Below are positions 48,132 through 56,867 of a stretch of DNA of 64,000 nt, one piece after another. This DNA is from Candidatus Yanofskybacteria bacterium RIFCSPHIGHO2_02_FULL_43_17. Lineage in GTDB: Bacteria > Patescibacteriota > Minisyncoccia > 2-02-FULL-40-12 > GWA2-44-9. The notes under the pieces were generated by a model that worked only from the letters and a program-made list of their open reading frames with translations, was not told where the DNA came from and made no database searches. The DNA lies in NCBI GenBank assembly GCA_001794435.1, contig MGJU01000013.1:90256-154255 (forward strand), given 5' to 3'. The stretch's first letter is position 1. Every line of letters begins with the position of its first letter. Made by a program: the position numbers and the translations under genes.

Positions 48132-49310
48132 ATGAACGAACACGGTCTGCTGGATCTATTCTCAAGAGTTAAGCTTTTAGCCCTTGATTGTGATGGCGTG
48201 CTTACGGATGCCAGCGTACTCGCCGGGACAGGAACCCGCGGCAGCAATCTTTATGCAACAGCCGGCTTAACCGGGATTGAATTGGCTAGATTCAACCATA
48301 AAGACGGCCAGGGTATCGATACTCTGACTAAAATACTGGGCATACCGGTGATAATTATTTCGAATCAAACAAGCCAATACGTGGAAATGCGTGGCAATAA
48401 AATCAAGGCAGGTCGAAGTGACAAGATTTTTGCTTATTTCCTGAATGTAAAGGATAAGGTTAAATGCCTGATAGATTACCTAAATGCAAACCATCCCGAG
48501 ATTGGCCTTGATGAGGTCTGTTTTGTCGGCGATGATCTTGGAGATCTGAACATCATGAAAGTCGTAGGCATACCGGTTACTGTCCAGGACGGCAGTGATG
48601 AGAACAAGAAACTAGCTCTTTATACCACAGAGAAATCGGGCGGCAATGGCGCCGTACGTGAAGTTTGTAATCTGATAAGAAAAGCTAGAGATAGGGGCAT
48701 ACCAGCCAAAAGAATATTGAGAATCTTTATAACCGGTACCGGCAAAAAGGCCAGTGAAGAAACTCTGGCCACCGTCAGACAGATATCAAACCAACTGGCA
48801 TTGGAGGGTTTTACTATCCTGACTAACGGCGGTTCGGTAGGTATTCCAAAAACAGCCGGGAAAGCCGTCCACGAAGCCATTGCTCAAGGTGCTGTCAGCA
48901 ATTCAGTCGCCTATACTTTCATGCCGAACCTAAGCCTCGAGGCAGCCGGCACAGAGAGTATAAGATATTTTGGCAGCTATGAAGAGCGCAATGGCGCAGT
49001 ATGCGACGATGCTGATGTTGCACTATTTTTTGAGGGCGGTCTTGGCACTCAAGCCAAATTGTTTCAATTGCTTCACAGGCAAGTCCACATCAATCCCAAT
49101 CTCAGAAGAGCAGATCTCTATCCGCTAGCAAAAGAGAAATTGATATTGATCCATGCCAGTTTTGCGCCCAATGATTTCGCTGAATGCCAAAGAAGGTTAG
49201 GATCCGGATTCACTAGAGAACATTTTGATGCTGTTTGCTTTGTAAATGACGGCCAAGAAGTGATGAAAAAAATCACAGACTGGAAACAGAGAGTTTTAGT
49301 CAGTCCATAA
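48132..49310 (+). CDS. KdsC-like HAD phosphatase fused to a LOG/SLOG Rossmann domain
   Basis: LDCDGVLTD, KDG.GI, GDDLGDL, GGNGAVREV; then ILTNGG.VG, ERN...DADVALFFEGGLGT. Confidence 0.8.
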   Translation: MNEHGLLDLFSRVKLLALDCDGVLTDASVLAGTGTRGSNLYATAGLTGIELARFNHKDGQGIDTLTKILGIPVIIISNQTSQYVEMRGNKIKAGRSDKIFAYFLNVKDKVKCLIDYLNANHPEIGLDEVCFVGDDLGDLNIMKVVGIPVTVQDGSDENKKLALYTTEKSGGNGAVREVCNLIRKARDRGIPAKRILRIFITGTGKKASEETLATVRQISNQLALEGFTILTNGGSVGIPKTAGKAVHEAIAQGAVSNSVAYTFMPNLSLEAAGTESIRYFGSYEERNGAVCDDADVALFFEGGLGTQAKLFQLLHRQVHINPNLRRADLYPLAKEKLILIHASFAPNDFAECQRRLGSGFTREHFDAVCFVNDGQEVMKKITDWKQRVLVSP

Positions 49311-49316
49311 ACGCCC

Positions 49317-49338
49317 ACTCTCCCATCGGGAGAGTTTT
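49317..49338 (+). terminator. Intrinsic terminator
   Basis: ACTCTCCC-ATC-GGGAGAGTTTT. Confidence 0.7.
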
Positions 49339-49342
49339 AATT

Positions 49343-50281
49343 TTATACCAACGGAGGCCACTTTGAGGGATCCACTTGCATCGGATCATCGATGGCTAAT
49401 TTACGAAGTTTTTTTATAACATCTTCCGGAAGAGGGCCGGCTTCGATCGCTCGACAAGATTTTTCCAAGTTTTCAATTTTATTAGTACCTATCAAAGATG
49501 TCGAAATGCTTGGTTCAGAAAGAGTAAATCTTATTGCTAATTCCGGCAGATCACAGCCTAATTCTTCGGCTATTTTTTTTGCCTTTCCTGAATTTCTTTG
49601 CAACATCTCAAGTCCTTTGGGTAATTTGGAAACAAGTCCAGTCAAAGAACCCTTTAGTAGAACTGAGCGATTAACTATGCCAATGTTTTTTTTCAAAGCC
49701 AAAAACAGAACTCTTTTTGCCATTCTCTGGTCAAGGATACTGTAAGCTGTCTGAACAACATCAAAAACACCGCTCTCAATAGCTGCCAGAGGCGCCTCCT
49801 CTCCTCGAGTTGATATGCCCAAAAATCCAGCCTTACCTTCTGTTTGAAACTTTTTCAATATATGAACCAGCTCTCCTCTTTTTATCTGTTCTTCCGAACC
49901 GCCATGAAGCATAAGAACAGAAACTGAATCAACTTTTAAATTTTTTAGGCTTGCCTCAATCTGTTCTCTTAATCTTTTTTCAAGTTCTTTTCCTCTCGGA
50001 TCTTCTCCCTTCTCGAGAAATTGGCCGCACTTGGTAGCAATAACAATACCGTCTTTTTTGGCTATTCCTGATTTTCCTATTCTTTCTTCAGCTAAACCGT
50101 AAAAGTAGGCCGTATCAAAATAGTTGATGCCTAAATTTACGGCCTTTTTGAGTAACTTTACGGCTTCATCTTCCGATGGCAAAGTTCTTAGACCTATCCC
50201 ATAGGCAAAACCGATTTCTGCCGTGCCTAAACCCAAACGTGAAACCTTCAGGTTGGTCCTTCCGAGCAATTTTGTTTCCAT
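49343..50281 (-). CDS. Aldo/keto reductase
   Basis: LGRTNLKVSRLGLGT, FDTAYFYG.AE, IATK, SLKNL. Confidence 0.9.
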   Translation of the reverse strand: METKLLGRTNLKVSRLGLGTAEIGFAYGIGLRTLPSEDEAVKLLKKAVNLGINYFDTAYFYGLAEERIGKSGIAKKDGIVIATKCGQFLEKGEDPRGKELEKRLREQIEASLKNLKVDSVSVLMLHGGSEEQIKRGELVHILKKFQTEGKAGFLGISTRGEEAPLAAIESGVFDVVQTAYSILDQRMAKRVLFLALKKNIGIVNRSVLLKGSLTGLVSKLPKGLEMLQRNSGKAKKIAEELGCDLPELAIRFTLSEPSISTSLIGTNKIENLEKSCRAIEAGPLPEDVIKKLRKLAIDDPMQVDPSKWPPLV

Positions 50282-51661
50282 TTAAAATTTGTGAGATTTG
50301 CCGACTTCGTCTATAGATTCTTCAAAAACCGCCAGTCCTTCCCTTAGAGCCGCGTCGGAGATCGTAAGAGGCGGAGCTATTTTAATTGACTCGCGGCTGG
50401 TATGAACCAGGAGCAATCCTTTTTCCATTGCTAACTCACAAACGCGGGATGTAAATTTACTTTCAGGTCCGCCTGTTTTGGGATTTTTGAATAAAACCGC
50501 CGCAAGCAAACCTTTGCCATTTATGTGAGCAATAAGCTGAAGATATTTATTTTTAATTTTATTAAGGCCATCAAATAAAATTTTACCCTTTCGAGCTGTT
50601 TCTGTTATCAGATTTCTCGACTCTATTTCCTCCAAGTTGGCCAAACCGGCGGCGCATGATAACGGATTTCCGGAGTGTGTGCTGTGAGCAACATCAAACT
50701 CCTCGGCTAAGGCCAGAAGTTCTTTGGAACCGATTACGGCCGATAAGGGCAGGCTTGAACTCAACCCCTTGCCCAAAGCTATTAGATCAGGTTTCAATCC
50801 GTAGTGCTCGAAAACAAACATTTTGCCGGTACGGCCACACCCACCCTGAATCTCGTCAACAGCAAGAAGAAGTTTATTTTTCTTGGCAAACTTAATCAGT
50901 TCTTTTATATAAGGCATCGGATAAAATAAAGCGCCCCAGCCTTGATATGCTTCAAGCATAATGCCAGAAATATTTTTTATTTTCATTCCGCCTTTAACCA
51001 GCTCGGAAATATCGTCATTGAATTTCTTGGCCCAATTCACTTTCTCGTCCCAGTTGAAAGGAAAAGGAAGATGAAAAATATTCGGATCTTTAAAACCATA
51101 GACGGCTAAGACTTTCTTGTTGTTCTTGAGCATTTGGGCAGCCATTGTCACTCCGTGCATGGCATTTTGGAAAGAGATGATGCCCGATTTGTCTTTATTT
51201 TTTTTCTGACCATAAGCCTTCATTATTGCAAAGACAGCCTCACAAGCTTCTGATCCCCCAGAAAATAACAAAGCTCTGTCTCCATAGGGTTTGGACATTT
51301 TTACAAGCTTGGCTAAAAACTTATTTCTGATTTCAGTCGGATAATTATATGAGTGGACTAAATCTTTATCTAATTGATCTTTTATAGCCTTCTTGATTCT
51401 AGGATTCGCATGACCGGCATTGGCTACGAATATCGTTGAAGTCCAATCAATCCATTTATTTCCCGCTTTATCGTAAACGCTGAAATCAATGGCCTTATCC
51501 CATGCTATAGGAAGCTGAACACCGCCGGAACCGGTATTATATTTGTCCATCTCTCTAAAGATTTCGACTGTTTCAGGACTAGGTATCTTCGTCTTTATGG
51601 TCCGGAATTTAGTCTGAACAAACGGAACTTTTTTAGGTTTAAAATCAAAATTGAATGGCAT
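50282..51661 (-). CDS. Class III PLP aminotransferase
   Basis: NAGH, GSEA, AMHG, DEIQGG.GRTG, LGKGL, THSGNP. Confidence 0.9.
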   Translation of the reverse strand: MPFNFDFKPKKVPFVQTKFRTIKTKIPSPETVEIFREMDKYNTGSGGVQLPIAWDKAIDFSVYDKAGNKWIDWTSTIFVANAGHANPRIKKAIKDQLDKDLVHSYNYPTEIRNKFLAKLVKMSKPYGDRALLFSGGSEACEAVFAIMKAYGQKKNKDKSGIISFQNAMHGVTMAAQMLKNNKKVLAVYGFKDPNIFHLPFPFNWDEKVNWAKKFNDDISELVKGGMKIKNISGIMLEAYQGWGALFYPMPYIKELIKFAKKNKLLLAVDEIQGGCGRTGKMFVFEHYGLKPDLIALGKGLSSSLPLSAVIGSKELLALAEEFDVAHSTHSGNPLSCAAGLANLEEIESRNLITETARKGKILFDGLNKIKNKYLQLIAHINGKGLLAAVLFKNPKTGGPESKFTSRVCELAMEKGLLLVHTSRESIKIAPPLTISDAALREGLAVFEESIDEVGKSHKF

Positions 51662-51665
51662 AAAT

Positions 51666-52406
51666 TTATTTTTTAATTTTTTTTAAATAATTGTAAAGCT
51701 TGCTTCCATTCTTTTTAAACTGATACTCGAGATATTCAAAATCTTCAGGCTTGTCGATTTCTGTCACAAACGGGGTTTCAAATCCGATAACTTTCGGGCC
51801 ATAAAAAACTCCCGGATTATTTTTCACAAAAGCCGGCCTGATTATATCCACATAACCATTGGGGTGATATGCCTGGGTAAAGGTCTGCCTGGGAAGATTA
51901 TAATATTCTACTCGAGGATCATTCGGGAAAAAACCGGTCAACAAACCTTTTTTATCAAATTGGATCATTTTCTGTGGCGGTTCGGCTAATTTATGAGCTG
52001 ACCTCAAAGCTGTGGCTTTATTGTTGCCCATAAGAAGATTGACGGCTGAGTCCATAATATCCGAATCGCGCAGAGGAGTCGTAGTCCTTAATTGAACCAT
52101 TAAATCCGGCAAAACTCCCTCTTTTTTTTCAAGCCAACTGATAGCGTGGGCAAAAACATCTAAATCGGTCGATTTGTCTTGGGCATATTTTGAAGGACGA
52201 AGAAATGGGACTTCTGCGCCATACTTTCTGGAAACTTCGGCTATCTCTTCTGAATCGGTAGAAACTATCGTACGGCTTATGGTCTTAGATAACTTAGAGG
52301 CAGCGATAGAATAAGCAATTAAAGGAAACCCGCCCAACGGTCTGATATTTTTGCTGGGAACCCCCTTTGATCCGCCTCGAGCTTGAATTATAGAATAAAC
52401 ACTCAT
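51666..52406 (-). CDS. neuA: Acylneuraminate cytidylyltransferase (second copy)
   Basis: ARGGSKGVPSKN, VSTDS, PFLRP, LRTTTPLR, PRQ, NGYVD, EID. Confidence 0.9.
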   Translation of the reverse strand: MSVYSIIQARGGSKGVPSKNIRPLGGFPLIAYSIAASKLSKTISRTIVSTDSEEIAEVSRKYGAEVPFLRPSKYAQDKSTDLDVFAHAISWLEKKEGVLPDLMVQLRTTTPLRDSDIMDSAVNLLMGNNKATALRSAHKLAEPPQKMIQFDKKGLLTGFFPNDPRVEYYNLPRQTFTQAYHPNGYVDIIRPAFVKNNPGVFYGPKVIGFETPFVTEIDKPEDFEYLEYQFKKNGSKLYNYLKKIKK

Positions 52407-52462
52407 GTTTAGTTACCGATAAAGTATTCTAAAATAATCATAAAGTGTCAAGACGGACAGAC

Positions 52463-52485
52463 AAAAACCCTTTAGTAGGGTTTTT
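52463..52485 (-). terminator. Intrinsic terminator
   Basis: AAAAACCCT-TTAGT-AGGGTTTTT. Confidence 0.7.
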
Positions 52486-52492
52486 ATAACTT

Positions 52493-53506
52493 TTATACGC
52501 CACCTTCTACGTTGCCAAAAAGAATAATGATTACCATCCCAACTACTGCCAAAAGTGTGCCGGATAGTTTCCATTTCAGATTGTTGCCTTCTGTACCAAA
52601 CCTTCTCTGGCTTGGATTAACTTCTTTAAATATTTCTAAACGCCACATTATTAGTCCAAAAAGAACGGCAAAAATTATCGCGCCGGACCTTTTTCCCGCC
52701 ATAAAATAAGGAACATGAGGCAGAGCGTTTAATCCAACACTATGAAATATGCCGGTAAGCATGTTAAATGCGCCATACCCCAAAAAGATTTTAAGTGAAG
52801 AAAGTGAGAATATTTGATTTTTGAAATCATTGGCCCCGATATTAACAATCCTATTTTGAGAATTCCTATAAGTCATCCGGCCACTTGGTGATAAAAACAA
52901 GCTAATCGGTATTAGAGCTAATAAGGTCAAGGCTACTGCTCCATGATCAATCATCAGATAAAAAACCGGGCTTGAGTTTACTATGGCAATTTTGTCTAAA
53001 TTTGAGCTTAATGCGGCAATGAAAGTTACTCCAAACATAAACAAAGAAGCTCTTTCTGTGACTATCAATTTAAAGGGAGTTAGCCACCCTTTTTGTTCTT
53101 TCTCAATATTTAAAACATATAACCCGCATACAACAACAAGAATGCCAATCGCACCTAAAAAGGTAGGATTGCCTCCGCCCATTAAAGGACCGGTGACAAT
53201 TAAAAAAGCCGGGGTCAAACTGGCAAGCGGCATTGTTTTTAGCATACTGCCGGCTCTGTGAGATTCAACCAGAAGAATTAAAATTAAGACAAACATTGGC
53301 ACATGCCAGAAAACCGCACTCCAAAACTGAGGCCCTATTTCGGGAAAACCAACAAAATATAGCCAAACAAAGTAAACAGGAAAACTTAAAAGCAAACTCA
53401 TCCCATTAAGAACAAACCCGTGAATATCTGTCTTCTTTATAACTATTCTGCTTGCTGCGTCCGTAGCGCCTGACGATAATGGCCATAACCAAAGAAGTGG
53501 TGACAT
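52493..53506 (-). CDS. EamA/DMT family transporter
   Basis: ~10 TMs; PLASLTPAF, GILVVVCGLYVL, LDKIA, KR in the second repeat. Confidence 0.75.
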   Translation of the reverse strand: MSPLLWLWPLSSGATDAASRIVIKKTDIHGFVLNGMSLLLSFPVYFVWLYFVGFPEIGPQFWSAVFWHVPMFVLILILLVESHRAGSMLKTMPLASLTPAFLIVTGPLMGGGNPTFLGAIGILVVVCGLYVLNIEKEQKGWLTPFKLIVTERASLFMFGVTFIAALSSNLDKIAIVNSSPVFYLMIDHGAVALTLLALIPISLFLSPSGRMTYRNSQNRIVNIGANDFKNQIFSLSSLKIFLGYGAFNMLTGIFHSVGLNALPHVPYFMAGKRSGAIIFAVLFGLIMWRLEIFKEVNPSQRRFGTEGNNLKWKLSGTLLAVVGMVIIILFGNVEGGV

Positions 53507-53540
53507 GTTTCTTTCCTTGTGATTTTAATTAACTTCAATA

Positions 53541-53569
53541 TTATTACCACCCTCTTTAAAAAATGTCAA
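53541..53569 (-). promoter_or_regulatory. sigma70 promoter
   Basis: TTGACA-17 nt-TAATAA with extended TG; AAGGA before ATG 53506. Confidence 0.65.
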
Positions 53570-53580
53570 TTAAAAAAAAT

Positions 53581-53604
53581 AAAAAGCCCGCGATAATCAC
53601 GGGT
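53581..53604 (-). terminator. Intrinsic terminator
   Basis: CCCG(C)GAT-A-ATC(A)CGGG hairpin with an A tract on the left. Confidence 0.55.
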
Positions 53605-53605
53605 C

Positions 53606-54529
53606 TTAACCAGAAACAATAAGAACTAGCCCGGCAACCATTATACACGCTCCGACAAATCTGCTTTTGAAATTCTTTTTCTCGCCCATTATCCAATAAG
53701 CCAAAATGATAGTCAGAAGAATTTGGAACCTTTTCAAGGCGCCGACATAAGGCACAATTTCGTAGCGAAAAGCAAGGTTAGGCAGCCAAACACTAAAGAA
53801 AAGACAAATGGCTACAACCAGGGTATACCTATTCATTAGACTACCGATCGATTTCCTCGTGATACCACCCCTATAAGCAATGGCCAAATTGATGATTGTT
53901 CCAATGCCGAAAATGCAAGCCGTAGCAAAAGCCACATTTGCCCTTCTCACCGCCATAGCTTCATAGTTTATGGCGATAGTCGCTATTATAACGCACAAAT
54001 AAGCATATCTGATAGCAACACTTTTCTTCAACATAAGCAGTGGGACTAGCCAATCTCTCCATCTTCGAACATAACCCTCACTATTTCTCTGTTCAAAATA
54101 CCCCTGAATATTGACGATATATGTTCCCGTGACTACAAAGCAGATCCCCAACCAACCCATTCGAGACGGCATTTCTCCAAGAATAATCATGCTAGCCAGA
54201 ATAATACTGGCAGGCGTTGTAGAAGCAATGGGAGCGACCAGAGATACATCCCCGATTGAAAATGCCTTTACTTCGGCATAAAGATAGCCGCCAATCAATC
54301 CACCAGTAATAAGAACAGGAACCCACCAATCGGAAGTTAATTCCATTCCACCACTAAAGTAGCTTGCTACAAATAACATGGAAACCGCTAGACAGCCGAT
54401 CATTCCCGTAAACAAAGCTGTGTGATTTTGAAAGTCAGGATTTTTTTTTGATTGAAGCCCGATGAAGTTGTTATAAAGAGCTTCCGAGATACAAAAACCT
54501 CCGATTAGAGCCACAGCAACCGGATTCAT
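53606..54529 (-). CDS. EamA/DMT family transporter
   Basis: DVSLVAPI, ILGE, GICFVVTG, YVGALKR, GEK. Confidence 0.85.
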   Translation of the reverse strand: MNPVAVALIGGFCISEALYNNFIGLQSKKNPDFQNHTALFTGMIGCLAVSMLFVASYFSGGMELTSDWWVPVLITGGLIGGYLYAEVKAFSIGDVSLVAPIASTTPASIILASMIILGEMPSRMGWLGICFVVTGTYIVNIQGYFEQRNSEGYVRRWRDWLVPLLMLKKSVAIRYAYLCVIIATIAINYEAMAVRRANVAFATACIFGIGTIINLAIAYRGGITRKSIGSLMNRYTLVVAICLFFSVWLPNLAFRYEIVPYVGALKRFQILLTIILAYWIMGEKKNFKSRFVGACIMVAGLVLIVSG

Positions 54530-54571
54530 CTGTTGTCTCCTATTGTAAACGGGCTAACTGACGATGGCGTA

Positions 54572-54599
54572 ATTATAACTCATCAAATTTGCTTGTCAA
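54572..54599 (-). promoter_or_regulatory. sigma70 promoter
   Basis: TTGACA-16 nt-TATAAT; AGGAG before ATG 54529. Confidence 0.7.
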
Positions 54600-54625
54600 G
54601 AGTTTAAATTTGCTGAATTACTAAC

Positions 54626-55621
54626 TTAGAGAAGCTCTGCTTTTATTTTTTTGTTTTTATCGTCAAACAAGGTAGAAATCCGTCTTAGTTTTAATTCTAC
54701 GGGTTTTTCGGATTCAAGGATAACCTTTTTTTCTTCTCCCACATATTCGGTCAAACTTTTTAACTCTTTCATCAACCGATGAAGGCCTCCAATCTCTAAG
54801 CTCGCCGCTTGATCCGATCCCCACATAACTCGATCTAGGGTGATATGGCGTTCGATCATGCAAGCTCCCAACGCGGCCGCGACAAGGGATGAATAAACAC
54901 CGACATCGTGGCCTGAATAACCAATAAATGCCTTAGGGTACTTATTAATCAATCTCGGTATATTAGATAAATGCAGCTCGTGGTCTTTGGCTGGATAAGT
55001 AGCTGTACAGTGAAGCAAAATTAGATCTTTTTCTCCAAGATAGTTAACAATGCGGTCGATCCTGCTATCATCCGTCATTCCTGTGGATACGATAAGCGGC
55101 CGTTTTTTGGATTTGATATATGAGAGCAGTTTTTTATCTCCGTTGCACGCCGAAGCAATTTTATAACAAGGCGGATTGAACTGTTCTAAAAAGTCAACGC
55201 TTTCTTCATCCCACGGAGATGCAAACCACATGATTCCTCTTTCACGACAATGCTTGTCTATTTCTTTATATTCATTTTTTGTAAATTCAAGAGCCCACTT
55301 TAAATCGCCATTGGTGGAATCGTCAAAATTAGAGTTTTTTAATCGCCTTACCGCTTCCTTCGATAAAACTCCTCTGGCAACGGCTTTCTTTAGCAAATCT
55401 TTGTCAACAGGTCTTGGCTTAGCAAGTTCTTCCGGCTTATAAACAACGGGGATGGTTCTTTTCTGAAACTTAACAGCCCCGCAACCGGCAAGAACCGCCG
55501 CATCGACAAGTTTCTTGGCTATATCAATATCACCATTATGGTTTATACCTATCTCAGCCACAACAAAACATGGTTTTCCGTAACCTGTTTTATGATTCCC
55601 TAATTTTATATGTCGATCCAA
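54626..55621 (-). CDS. neuB: NeuB-family synthase, short form without SAF domain
   Basis: AEIGINHNGD, VKFQKRT, ASPWD, KIASA, LHCTATYP, GYSGHD, ERHITLDR.MWGSDQ. Confidence 0.9.
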   Translation of the reverse strand: MDRHIKLGNHKTGYGKPCFVVAEIGINHNGDIDIAKKLVDAAVLAGCGAVKFQKRTIPVVYKPEELAKPRPVDKDLLKKAVARGVLSKEAVRRLKNSNFDDSTNGDLKWALEFTKNEYKEIDKHCRERGIMWFASPWDEESVDFLEQFNPPCYKIASACNGDKKLLSYIKSKKRPLIVSTGMTDDSRIDRIVNYLGEKDLILLHCTATYPAKDHELHLSNIPRLINKYPKAFIGYSGHDVGVYSSLVAAALGACMIERHITLDRVMWGSDQAASLEIGGLHRLMKELKSLTEYVGEEKKVILESEKPVELKLRRISTLFDDKNKKIKAELL

Positions 55622-55707
55622 TTTAATAGTCTACTCCATTTATATTATTCATCTAAACAAAAGTGGCGGTAGTTATCAATATTGACAAAAGGTTTTTATA
55701 TTTTAAA

Positions 55708-55730
55708 AAAGGGCCTCAGTTTAGGCCTTT
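55708..55730 (-). terminator. Intrinsic terminator
   Basis: AAAGGGCCT-CAGTTT-AGGCCTTT overlapping the stop codon. Confidence 0.6.
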
Positions 55731-56700
55731 ATTTTCTTCTAAGTTTCTTGATGACTTCTCTCTCTTCCTCATATATAATTTTTCTTCCGTCACCCCTGGC
55801 AATCTGCAGTTCCTTAACCATGCGACACAAGTTTGTTAGTTCATGAGGCTCAATTGAACCAGGCTGATCAGTTCCCCACATAGAGCGTTCGATGGTAATA
55901 TGCTTTTCGATCATGCAAACACCCATCGCAGCCGCCGCATAGGAAGGCATAATTCCACTATCATGGCTAGAAAATCCAACAGGAACACCTGGAAATTCAT
56001 TTCTAAGAGTATTGATGCAATCAAGATTGATCATACTCAACAGCTTCTCTCCCGCATTCAAACTATCAGGATAAACGCTAGTGCAGTGGAGTAAAACTAA
56101 ATCTTCTGTGCCAAGAACCTCAACTGCGTGCCGGATCATTTCCATATCACTCATACCGGTAGAAAGGATGACCGGCTTGCCTTTACCGCAAATATGCTTC
56201 AAAAGACCATCGTCGGTCAAAGAAGCAGAGGCCACTTTATGACACGGCACTTCAAACCGCTCAAGAAAATCAACGCTTCCCTCGTCCCAAGGAGATGCAA
56301 ACCAAAGAATCCCCCTCTCTCGGCAATAACGATCTATGTCTGCATACTCATCTTCACTGAATTCAAGGGCCCACTTTAAATCGCCGTTAGTGGAATCGTC
56401 AAAATCTGAAGACTCCAAACGCTTAACTGCTTCTGGAGATAAGACCCCGCGGCGAACTGCATTACGAAGCACTTCTTTATTTACTTGCCTAGGTTTAGCC
56501 AAATCTTTCTCAGAATAGACAACAGGAACCGTTCTTTTCTGAAATTTTACGGCATCACAACCGGTTCGAATCGCCAGATCAATCATCGATTTGGCAATAT
56601 GAAGAAAACCATTATGGTTTATACCTATCTCTGCGGTAATAAAAACATTGCCATCATTTCTTACAACTTTATCCCCTATTCTAACTTCCGAGCCAGACAT
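55729..56700 (-). CDS. neuB: NeuB-family synthase, short form (tandem paralog)
   Basis: Same motifs as 54626-55621; AAGGA before ATG 56700. Confidence 0.9.
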   Translation of the reverse strand: MSGSEVRIGDKVVRNDGNVFITAEIGINHNGFLHIAKSMIDLAIRTGCDAVKFQKRTVPVVYSEKDLAKPRQVNKEVLRNAVRRGVLSPEAVKRLESSDFDDSTNGDLKWALEFSEDEYADIDRYCRERGILWFASPWDEGSVDFLERFEVPCHKVASASLTDDGLLKHICGKGKPVILSTGMSDMEMIRHAVEVLGTEDLVLLHCTSVYPDSLNAGEKLLSMINLDCINTLRNEFPGVPVGFSSHDSGIMPSYAAAAMGVCMIEKHITIERSMWGTDQPGSIEPHELTNLCRMVKELQIARGDGRKIIYEEEREVIKKLRRK

Positions 56701-56867
56701 TGAGTTTATCCTTTTTTGTAAAAGCAACTAATGTATAGCGTAGCCAAATCAAAAATAAGCGCAATATTGACATGGCGTTTTAAAACATGTTTAACAAAGA
56801 ACCCCTTGATAATCATCGACTTTACGTTATCATTTGGTTAAGTTTCTTAAAAATAGAGGGTCTGAGC

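Noticed and set aside
47383-48165. 260-aa version of the kinase
   Set aside because: It would overlap the divergent gene and both promoters. The Walker A strand begins right after ATG 48012.
56787-56867. ORF-track start of the second radical SAM gene
   Set aside because: The region contains promoter-like boxes, and an SD precedes GTG 56868.
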